Below, in pieces: positions 9,114 through 16,615 of a stretch of DNA of 44,252 bases. Below the pieces are notes generated by a model, which had not been told where the DNA came from, searched no databases, and worked only from the letters and a program-made list of their open reading frames with translations. The position numbers were made by a program, and so were the translations under genes. How positions within the stretch are numbered: position 1 is the stretch's first letter; every line of letters starts with the position of its first letter. The stretch comes from a virus (taxonomy: Duplodnaviria; Caudoviricetes): IMG/VR virus record IMGVR_UViG_3300017747_004582, positions 1 to 44,252 of that record; one strand, written 5' to 3'.

Positions 9114-9850
9114 TCGACGTCGTCGTGTGGAAATGGAAGAAGCCGGGGTACAGGTCGACCTTCGGGCCTGACACCGTCAACGTCTCGCGCAGCATGTTCG
9201 AGCGGCGCCTGAAAGTGCCGCATCGTTTCACCTGTATCACCGATGACCCGCAGGGAATCGATCCCAGGGTTCGTGTCATCGACATCCGGACGTTGCCATC
9301 GTTCAAGTTCATGAGCGTGCCGAACCCTAGTAACCCTTCGAACCCGAGCTGCTACGTGCGCCTGTTCATCTTCTCTTCCGAGGCGCGAGACGTCATCGGC
9401 GAGCGGATCGTCAGTGTCGACCTCGATATGGTTCTGACGGGTGACGTGACTCCGCTGTTCGATCGTGACGTCGACTTCGCTATCTGGGGAGGGCAGACCG
9501 TGCAGCCCAGGTCGTCGATCGTCTACAACTGGTTCAACGGGTCGCTGATGATGGTCCGCGCAGGCGCCAGGACGAAGGTGTGGACTGAGTTTGATCCACT
9601 GACGTCGCCGGCCAAAGCGCACCGAGCCGGATGCCGAGGCAGTGATCAGGGGTGGATCGCCTATTCGCTCGGGCGACAGGAGGTTCTCTGGGGCGTGGCT
9701 GATGGTGTATATTCCTACCGCAACCACGTCATGCCGGCCGGAGGCAGGCTTCCCAAGGGCGCGAGAGTCGTCGCGTTCCACGGGGTTCACGATCCCTGGC
9801 ATCGAGACGTGCAGGCTAGGTCACCCTGGGTACGGGAGCACTATCGATGA
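9110..9850 (+). CDS. GT-A fold glycosyltransferase (GT8-like, paralog of 7693-8358)
   Basis: FTCITDD, SVDLD, FNGSLM, GSDQGWI, VAFHG..DPW. Confidence 0.85.
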   Translation: MIDVVVWKWKKPGYRSTFGPDTVNVSRSMFERRLKVPHRFTCITDDPQGIDPRVRVIDIRTLPSFKFMSVPNPSNPSNPSCYVRLFIFSSEARDVIGERIVSVDLDMVLTGDVTPLFDRDVDFAIWGGQTVQPRSSIVYNWFNGSLMMVRAGARTKVWTEFDPLTSPAKAHRAGCRGSDQGWIAYSLGRQEVLWGVADGVYSYRNHVMPAGGRLPKGARVVAFHGVHDPWHRDVQARSPWVREHYR

Positions 9851-10167
9851 GCATCAGCGGCTACATCTCGCTCGACGAAGCGAAGGACCAAGTTTCCGTC
9901 GAGCGCAGCTTTGCCGGACACGATGAGCGATTGACTCGTCTGATCGGCGCAGCTGAGCAATGGGCTACGCAGTTTCTGAATATCGATTCTCTTGCCGACC
10001 TGGAGAATTCGCCGCATACGAGTCCGCCTGACTTCCCTGAGGATGTGAAGAGCGCGATCCTTCTGCATGTCGAGGCGGAGTTCGATCGCGACGAGAGGAT
10101 TTTCAGCACGCTGATGGACCGAGCCGAGAAGTTGCTGTGGCCACATCGCATCGGGTTGGAAGTGTGA
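9847..10167 (+). CDS. Head-tail connector (HK97 gp6-like)
   Basis: ISLDEAK, LIGAA, VKSAILL, LLWPHR; position. Confidence 0.85.
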   Translation: MSISGYISLDEAKDQVSVERSFAGHDERLTRLIGAAEQWATQFLNIDSLADLENSPHTSPPDFPEDVKSAILLHVEAEFDRDERIFSTLMDRAEKLLWPHRIGLEV

Positions 10168-10170
10168 TCT

Positions 10171-10335
10171 ATGGCGTGTTCGACTTGCAGGCGGATACGG
10201 AGGCGACTGCCTCGCCCTGTAAGGGAGGCACTCGAGAAACTGGAGCAGCGAAATGCAGAGCGGAAAGTACAGACACGAGGTGACGCTGCTCCGTCGAGTG
10301 GACACGCAGCAGTCAGGCGGACAGGTCGCTCATAG
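10171..10335 (+). CDS. Small basic CxxC protein (MACSTCRRIRRR..., 54 aa), not in the ORF track
   Basis: Translated by hand; fills the gap between the connector and closure genes. Confidence 0.45.
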   Translation: MACSTCRRIRRRLPRPVREALEKLEQRNAERKVQTRGDAAPSSGHAAVRRTGRS

Positions 10336-10618
10336 CTACGAGCCGTTTGCGACCGTCTGGGCTCGCATCTCCCCCGTGTCGGGTCGAGAGTTCTTTGCCG
10401 CAGCGCAGGTCCAGAGCGAGGTCACGACTCGCATCAGCATCCGGTGGAGAGACGACGTCGACGAGACTTGTCGCGTCAGGCACGTGACCGACCACTCGGT
10501 CAGCCCTCAAAAATACGACGAGTACGACATCAAGTCGGCGTTGCCGGACGAGAAGACTGGGCGCAGGGAACTGACGCTGATGTGCTCGAAGGGACCGGCG
10601 GAGGGGTGGCGTGGCTAG
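10253..10618 (+). CDS. Head closure/head-tail adaptor (SPP1 gp16-like)
   Basis: GKYRH, TVWARISPVSGREFFAA, IRWR, ELTLMC. Confidence 0.9.
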   Translation: MQSGKYRHEVTLLRRVDTQQSGGQVAHSYEPFATVWARISPVSGREFFAAAQVQSEVTTRISIRWRDDVDETCRVRHVTDHSVSPQKYDEYDIKSALPDEKTGRRELTLMCSKGPAEGWRG

Positions 10619-11078
10619 CAGCAACCACTACGTTGAAGGCACGAAGGAACTGACGGCGAAGCTGCGAGAGCTGGCGAGCCCGAAGGAACAGGCCGCTACG
10701 CTTCGCGCCGCTGTCAGGACGCCGATGCGTGCCGTCATGTCGCGTGCCCAGGCGAACATCTCTTCGATCAGCCCCGGCAAGCGGCAGCTGCATCGAACGT
10801 ACAAGGGTCGCCTCGTGTCGGCTGGCTTCGCTGCGAGAAACCTACGAATGATCGTGAAGCTGAGCAAGGACAAGCAGATGGCGCAGGCTGTGCTGGGCGT
10901 TCGGGCCGAAGCGTTCTACGCCCTGCAGTTCTTCGAGCTCGGGACGGCGAAGATCCCGAAGCAGCCATGGCTCATCCCGGCGTTCGTCGGGTCGAGAGAT
11001 CCGATGGTGCAGGGCGTGGCAGAGGTGATGCGTCAACGCATCGAACGCATCGCTAAGAAGCGGGCAGGGGGCAAGTGA
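10611..11078 (+). CDS. HK97 gp10-like tail completion protein
   Basis: FYALQFFELGTAKIPKQPWLIPAF. Confidence 0.85.
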   Translation: MASSNHYVEGTKELTAKLRELASPKEQAATLRAAVRTPMRAVMSRAQANISSISPGKRQLHRTYKGRLVSAGFAARNLRMIVKLSKDKQMAQAVLGVRAEAFYALQFFELGTAKIPKQPWLIPAFVGSRDPMVQGVAEVMRQRIERIAKKRAGGK

Positions 11079-11500
11079 TGCTGCACATCGGACTCGAGGA
11101 AGAGCTCGCCACTAGCACGGTCACGGCTGCATACCTGGCCGGGACTGGCGGCGCGCCCAACAGGATCTACCCGCTCGTCATCCCGCAGAAGGTTCCGCGC
11201 GGCGCGCAGGTAACGCCGTGCGTCGTTTACGAGACTCGCAACGTCGATCGGCAGGTGACGTATTGCGGAGTCAGCGGCCTGGTGATGACGACGATGACGA
11301 TCGACTGCTACGCAGACAATTACAACACGTCGAAAGAGGTCGCCCAGGCTGTTCGCGAATGTCTCAGTGACTTTCGAGGAATGCTTGGTGGTACAGTAGA
11401 CGTACGGCATGCGAGCCTTCAGACCGAGTTCGACGTACAGGACTTCGAACCCGGGCTCTACAGGGTCTCTCAGTCCTGGGCAATCTGGCATGTGGAGTGA
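11075..11500 (+). CDS. Tail terminator (DUF3168-like)
   Basis: RIYPLVIPQ, PCVVY, IDCYA; position. Confidence 0.8.
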   Translation: MMLHIGLEEELATSTVTAAYLAGTGGAPNRIYPLVIPQKVPRGAQVTPCVVYETRNVDRQVTYCGVSGLVMTTMTIDCYADNYNTSKEVAQAVRECLSDFRGMLGGTVDVRHASLQTEFDVQDFEPGLYRVSQSWAIWHVE

Positions 11501-11506
11501 ACTAAA

Positions 11507-11937
11507 ATGGCATCTGAAGATACTCTGATCGGTAACGACTGGGTCGTCCAGCTCGGCAACGGCGATTCGCCGCCCGTGTTTGCTGACCTGTGTGCGGCGT
11601 TCGACTTCGGCTCCGTCGGCGAGGAGAAGCCTCTCGTCGATGTCACCAGCTATTGCGACGAGGCTCGCGCCTATCGCAACGGCCTGGCGGATGGCGTCGA
11701 GATCCCGCTGCAGAACAACTTCATCCCTGGCGACCTGCAGCTCGTCGCGCTCTATGACGCCTACAAGGCCGATGAGCTCGTCGACATCAGGATCCTGCGC
11801 AAGGACTCTTCGCCCGAAGAGTACTTCCAGTTCCAGGCACCGTTCGCGCGTGGAACGTCGCCGGACCGATCGGCGAACGCAGCGTCCTGACGTACACGCT
11901 CAAGATCAGCGGGGAGGTTCTGTGGGTACGGACCTGA
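11507..11937 (+). CDS. Major tail tube protein with an apparent 1-nt frameshift near 11838
   Basis: VDVTS...GLADG motif; the expected C-terminus TVRAWNVAGPIGERSVLTYTLKISGEVLW is in the -1 frame (11839-11937). Confidence 0.8.
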
Positions 11938-12251
11938 AGCAACAGCTGCTGGCTCTCGCGCAGCTTCGCACTCGCGTCGTCAAGATCGACAGCGTCGAGC
12001 TCACCGTCAGGGAAGTCGGGGCTCTGGAGTTTGCCGAGTACGGGAAGCTCCAGAAAGCCGATCGCCTCAAGGCCACGGCGTCGCTCATCGCGGCGTGCGT
12101 GGTCGATGGCGACGGGAACCCTGCGCTCTCACTCGACGACGCGCTCTCACTCGCCAAGTCTGCTCGAGTTTCGATGCCAATCGTCGGCGCAGTCATGGAG
12201 CTGAGCGGCTTCGGCGGCGAGAACGACGAAAAAGAGCCTGACGCCAGCTGA
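11922..12251 (+). CDS. Tail assembly chaperone (gpG-like)
   Basis: GTG start with RBS GGGGAGG; LIAACVVDGDGNP, ELSG; lies between tail tube and TMP. Confidence 0.8.
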   Translation: MGTDLKQQLLALAQLRTRVVKIDSVELTVREVGALEFAEYGKLQKADRLKATASLIAACVVDGDGNPALSLDDALSLAKSARVSMPIVGAVMELSGFGGENDEKEPDAS

Positions 12252-12606
12252 GCTCTTCGATTATCGGCTGGCCTCGCTACTAGGCTATGCCGACATCGAC
12301 GAGATGAAACGATCGATGACTCAGCGATCGTATCTCGGCTGGCAGCAGTACTGGGACATCGAACCTTGGGGCCCGTGGAGGGATAACGTCCACGCGGCCA
12401 TCGTGGCGAGAGAGATCCGTCGAACCCGGTCCAGGCCGGGCGCGCGACTCGGTCTCGAACCGTTCATGGTGAAGAATCCCGAGGCTCGGCGAAAGGAGGG
12501 CGAGAAGAACTTCTTCGGCGTCTTGCAGGCGGTGGCGACAGCGGTCACCCCAGCCGAAGCCGAAGCGCGGCGTAAGAAGCGAACGAAGAAAAGGCGTAAG
12601 CAATGA
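12229..12606 (+). CDS. Tail assembly chaperone, downstream part (gpT-like), probably reached by frameshift
   Basis: Frame open from the GAAAAAG run: LFDYRLASLLG..IDEM..W.QYWDIEPWG; the conserved part starts upstream of ATG 12304. Confidence 0.75.
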   Translation, partial: KKSLTPAELFDYRLASLLGYADIDEMKRSMTQRSYLGWQQYWDIEPWGPWRDNVHAAIVAREIRRTRSRPGARLGLEPFMVKNPEARRKEGEKNFFGVLQAVATAVTPAEAEARRKKRTKKRRKQ

Positions 12607-14630
12607 CAGACCTCGCTAAACTAGTCGTACGACTCGAGGCCCAGACGGCGCAGTACATGGCGCAGCTGGACAAGGCTAACAAGCGCCTCGAGCGGTTCGA
12701 CAAGCAGGCAGAGGTTTCGGCAGCGCGCATCGCGAAGGGCGTGGCCGCTGCCGCCGTCGGAGCCGGCGTCGCGTTTGCTGGCATGGCGTACCAGGCTATC
12801 AAGGCTGCTGACGACATGGGCAAGCTGGCCCAGTCGAGCGGCATCGCCGTGGAGAGCCTGTCTCAGCTGGACTACGTCGCTTCGCTGTCAGGCACGTCGC
12901 TCGACGAGCTGACCATCGGGATGAACAAGCTCACGAAGCAGGCGGTCGAGGCTGCGAAAGGCTCGACCACCGCTTCGAAGGCGTTCGCAGCGATCGGCGT
13001 ATCGGTCAAGAACGCTGACGGCTCGATGCGAAACACTGAAGAGATCATGCTCGACATCGCCGAGCGGTTCTCTCAGATCGAAGATGGCGCAGGCAAGGCG
13101 GCTATCGCGCAGGAGCTCTTCGGCAAGAGCGGCACGAAGCTGATCCCGTTCCTGAATCAGGGACGCGCAGGCATCGAGGCGTTGAAGAAGGAAGCCGACG
13201 CGCTGGGCCTGACCATCACGAACAAGACGGCCAAGTCGGCCGAGGAGTTCAACGACAACCTCGACCGGATCAAGTTCGCAGCCAAGGGCCTCGCGAACCA
13301 GGCGGCCAACGAGCTGTTGCCGGTGTTCGGGTCGATGGCGGAGCGATTCGCTAATGCCGCGAAAGAGGGCGGCGCGATGGACTTCGCCGTCAAGGCCCTG
13401 AGCGTCACGCTCAAGACGCTCGTCTCCGCAGGCACGATCGTCACTTCGATCTTCCAGCAGCTCGGCCGCGTCATCTACGGCGTGGGCGCGGCGGTTGTGC
13501 GCGTCGCCCAGGGCGAGTTTGGGATGGCGGTCGACGAGATCAAGGACGCATTCGCCGAAGCTCGTAGCAACGTCACGGAGGACATGGAAACTATTGCGAA
13601 GGTGTGGAGCGATTCGGTCCCAGCTTTCGAAGAGACGGCCAAGAACATCGACAGCGCCATGAAGGAGTCGCTTGTCTTCAACGACGAGAAGGCCGAGGAC
13701 GCGGCGAAGAAGGCAGCTGAAGCTGCGTTGCAGACGCTCGCTGACTTCGAGGCTTCGCTGCAGGAGCAGGTGGCCACGTTCGGGATGGCGAACGACGCCG
13801 TCGTCAAGTACAGGCTGGCTCACGGCGACCTGGCCGATGCCTTGGCGAAGGCCGGGCCTGAGGCGGCGATCTACGGCGACACGATCGGTGCTCTCGCTGA
13901 GCAGCTCGAGGAGATGCGCAAGAAGCAGGAGGCGACTGAGCAGACGCAGCGTGAGTGGGATGCAGCGGTCGAGGAGGGCAAGAAGATCGCCGAGTCGGTG
14001 CGCACTCCGCTCGAGGCATACGGCGATACGATCGAACGACTCAATCAGCTGCTGATGGATGGCCACATCGCGCAGCAGACCTACGATCGCGCGGTCGAGC
14101 AGGCGCAGGACACGTTCGAGAAGGCGACGAAGAAGCAGAACAAGTTTCTCGAGGAGGCCAATCGCAACGTGCAGGACATCCTTGCCGGCGGGTTGGAGAC
14201 TGCGCTGAAGGACGGCGTCGGCAAAGGTGCGAAGGGTGCGCTCGACGCGTTCTACGACATGCTCACGAAGATGGCGACACAGGCGATCGCCGCAAACCTT
14301 GCTCAGAAGATCTTCGGCGGCGAAGGCATGGGCAGCGGCGGAGGATGGCTGGGCACGGCGATGAACTGGCTAGGCGGCCTGTTCGGAGGGTCTCGTGACA
14401 GCGGTGGCCGCGGGTCGCCGGGCATGGCCTACATGATCGGCACAGGCGCGCAGCCGGAGGTGTTCGTCCCCGACCAGCCGGGCACGTTCTATCCTCGAGG
14501 CGAGGGGATGGGTGGCTCGAAGGTGACGCAGAACATCTACGTCCAGGGCCAGGTGAGCCAGCGCTCGGCTCGACAGCTGGAGCTCGAGGCTCTGCGCAGG
14601 CAGCGCGTCGCGAACGCGAGGATCGGTTGA
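12603..14630 (+). CDS. Tape measure protein
   Basis: LAKLVVRLEA N-terminus; Ala-rich helical; AQELFGKSG; C-terminal GG..PEVFVP. Confidence 0.95.
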   Translation: MTDLAKLVVRLEAQTAQYMAQLDKANKRLERFDKQAEVSAARIAKGVAAAAVGAGVAFAGMAYQAIKAADDMGKLAQSSGIAVESLSQLDYVASLSGTSLDELTIGMNKLTKQAVEAAKGSTTASKAFAAIGVSVKNADGSMRNTEEIMLDIAERFSQIEDGAGKAAIAQELFGKSGTKLIPFLNQGRAGIEALKKEADALGLTITNKTAKSAEEFNDNLDRIKFAAKGLANQAANELLPVFGSMAERFANAAKEGGAMDFAVKALSVTLKTLVSAGTIVTSIFQQLGRVIYGVGAAVVRVAQGEFGMAVDEIKDAFAEARSNVTEDMETIAKVWSDSVPAFEETAKNIDSAMKESLVFNDEKAEDAAKKAAEAALQTLADFEASLQEQVATFGMANDAVVKYRLAHGDLADALAKAGPEAAIYGDTIGALAEQLEEMRKKQEATEQTQREWDAAVEEGKKIAESVRTPLEAYGDTIERLNQLLMDGHIAQQTYDRAVEQAQDTFEKATKKQNKFLEEANRNVQDILAGGLETALKDGVGKGAKGALDAFYDMLTKMATQAIAANLAQKIFGGEGMGSGGGWLGTAMNWLGGLFGGSRDSGGRGSPGMAYMIGTGAQPEVFVPDQPGTFYPRGEGMGGSKVTQNIYVQGQVSQRSARQLELEALRRQRVANARIG

Positions 14631-14631
14631 C

Positions 14632-15237
14632 ATGGCATTCATCGAAGAACGACTGCTGGACTGCGTGACCTACGGGACTCAAGGTGGTCCGACGTGGCTA
14701 ACGCGCAAGGTGGGCCTGAAGAACGGCATCATCAGGCGCAATCCCGTCAGGTCGCGACCGCTGTACAGGTTCACCGTGGTCTATCGCAACCTGCTTCCTG
14801 AGAGTCACGCCGAAGTGATCGCTGCTTTCAACGCGTGCTTCGGGGGCGTCCACTCGTTCAGGCTCAAGGACTGGTCTGACTTTGAAGCTGACGACGAGAC
14901 GCTCGGCGCCTTGTCGACCGGATCTGCGCAGACGCTGCAGCTTCGAAAGCTGTACACGTTCGGCGGGCAGTCGGTCGTCAGGCCGATCAGGAAGCCGGTG
15001 TCGGGCACGGTGACGATGACGCGCAACGGCGTCCCATTTGTCCCGACGTCGATCGACTACACGACCGGCCTGGTCACGTTCACGCAGGCAGCCGGCGGCA
15101 CGATCAGGTGGAGCGGCGAGTTCGACGTGCCGGTGATGTTCGACGACGACGAGCTGAGCTTCAGCGGCGACGAGAAAGGCGTCGACGGCTTGTTCCTGAC
15201 GAGCGACGTCGCCTTGCTCGAGGACATCAGCGTATGA
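14632..15237 (+). CDS. Distal tail protein (DUF2460-like)
   Basis: GGPTW, FRLKDWSDF, RPIRKPV, GEFDVPVMFD. Confidence 0.9.
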   Translation: MAFIEERLLDCVTYGTQGGPTWLTRKVGLKNGIIRRNPVRSRPLYRFTVVYRNLLPESHAEVIAAFNACFGGVHSFRLKDWSDFEADDETLGALSTGSAQTLQLRKLYTFGGQSVVRPIRKPVSGTVTMTRNGVPFVPTSIDYTTGLVTFTQAAGGTIRWSGEFDVPVMFDDDELSFSGDEKGVDGLFLTSDVALLEDISV

Positions 15238-16187
15238 GCGTTCGCGACGTACCGGCTCTCCTGCTTGCCCATCTCCAGCAACCCGCGACGACGACCTGTC
15301 GCCTGCTGAAGATCACGCTGCGCGACGGCACGACAAGTTTCGGGTTCACGACGCTTGATCAGGACGTCACGTACGACGACGGCGACGGCGAGATGGTCTA
15401 CACGGCGACCAACGGGTTTGATCCCAGCGCGTTCGCGGCCGACTCGACCTATGCGATTGGCAACGCGGAAGGGTACGCGCTCATCTCCGATGACGTCTCC
15501 CCTAGCATCTCGATCGAGGACATCGAGCGCGGCGCGTTGGACGACGCGAAGTGGCGGTGCTACCTGATCAACTTCGAAGACACGTCGATGGGTCACGTGC
15601 TCCTCGATGCGGGCGACCTCGGACAGGTGCGCACTCGCTTCGGAATGGTGTGGCTGCCGGAGCTGCTGTCGCATGTCGTCAGGTTGAGGCAGCCCATCGG
15701 TCGTGTCGACTCGAGGACATGCCGCGCCGTCTTCGGCTCTCCGGCTGCGTCCCAGACCGGTTGCGGGTTCGATGCCGAGTCGCTGTGGGTCGAGGGAACT
15801 GTGTCGGCCGTGGGCGCTGAGACGGACACGATGTTCACGGGCGATGTGACCACGACGTCCCCTGTGGATCCGTTCCCGGGCCGCGTCGAGTGGTTGACCG
15901 GTGACAACGCCGGCGTCGTGTCGTGGACCGACTCGTTCGACGCGGGAGCTGTCGGCTTGGGCGAGCGGACGCCGTTCCCGATCCAGGTCGGCGACACGTA
16001 TCGCATCAGGCCTGACTGCCGGAAACGCTACGAAGAGGACTGCATCGCGGTGTGGAACAACGGGATCAACTTCAAGGGTGAGCCGCTCACCCCTGTCGGC
16101 GACGCGAGCTCCGGTCAGACGCCGGGCGCTCAGCTGCCTGGTGGCGGCGGGTACAGGGGCCCAGCCTTCACGGTGTCGTCAGGATGA
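15234..16187 (+). CDS. Baseplate hub protein (DUF2163-like)
   Basis: FGFTTLDQD, CRAVFG...C, GDTYRIRPDCRK...C..WNN.INFKGEP (Cys-rich). Confidence 0.9.
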   Translation: MSVRDVPALLLAHLQQPATTTCRLLKITLRDGTTSFGFTTLDQDVTYDDGDGEMVYTATNGFDPSAFAADSTYAIGNAEGYALISDDVSPSISIEDIERGALDDAKWRCYLINFEDTSMGHVLLDAGDLGQVRTRFGMVWLPELLSHVVRLRQPIGRVDSRTCRAVFGSPAASQTGCGFDAESLWVEGTVSAVGAETDTMFTGDVTTTSPVDPFPGRVEWLTGDNAGVVSWTDSFDAGAVGLGERTPFPIQVGDTYRIRPDCRKRYEEDCIAVWNNGINFKGEPLTPVGDASSGQTPGAQLPGGGGYRGPAFTVSSG

Positions 16188-16615
16188 GCGCAGCTGACTT
16201 CGTCAAGGCGGCCCGGAAGCTCAAGGGTGCGAGGTGGAGACATCTGGGTCGTAAGCCATGGGCTGTCGATTGCATCGGGCTCCTGGCGCTCTCCGCCAGC
16301 GGGGCAGGCCTTCCCTTCAGGGACGCGCGCGACTACGGACGTGAGCCCTGGGACGGGCGCCTGGCGCGGGAGCTCAAGGATCGCTTCGGCGACCCGCTGC
16401 CGGCCAGCGAAGCCGCGGTGGGCGACGTGGCGCTGATCAGGTGGCGCGTCGGCGAGCCGTCGCATGTGGCGATCATCGGCGATCACCCGCAGGGATGGCT
16501 GACGCTGGTGCATGCCCACAACGTTCACGGCGTCGTCGAGCATTCGCTCGCGCCTCCGTTCGATAAAGTGATCGTCGAGGTTTACAGGCCATGGCGCGAT
16601 ACGTCCTCCCGGTAG
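16184..16615 (+). CDS. NlpC/P60 tail-associated peptidase
   Basis: WRHLGR...VDCIGL, HVAI, LVHA. Confidence 0.85.
   Translation: MSAADFVKAARKLKGARWRHLGRKPWAVDCIGLLALSASGAGLPFRDARDYGREPWDGRLARELKDRFGDPLPASEAAVGDVALIRWRVGEPSHVAIIGDHPQGWLTLVHAHNVHGVVEHSLAPPFDKVIVEVYRPWRDTSSR

Noticed and set aside
7693-9850. Glycosyltransferases as 5hmC DNA glucosyltransferases
   Set aside because: They lie in the late structural operon, far from the nucleotide cluster, which has its own hypermodifying enzyme; disfavoured but not formally excluded
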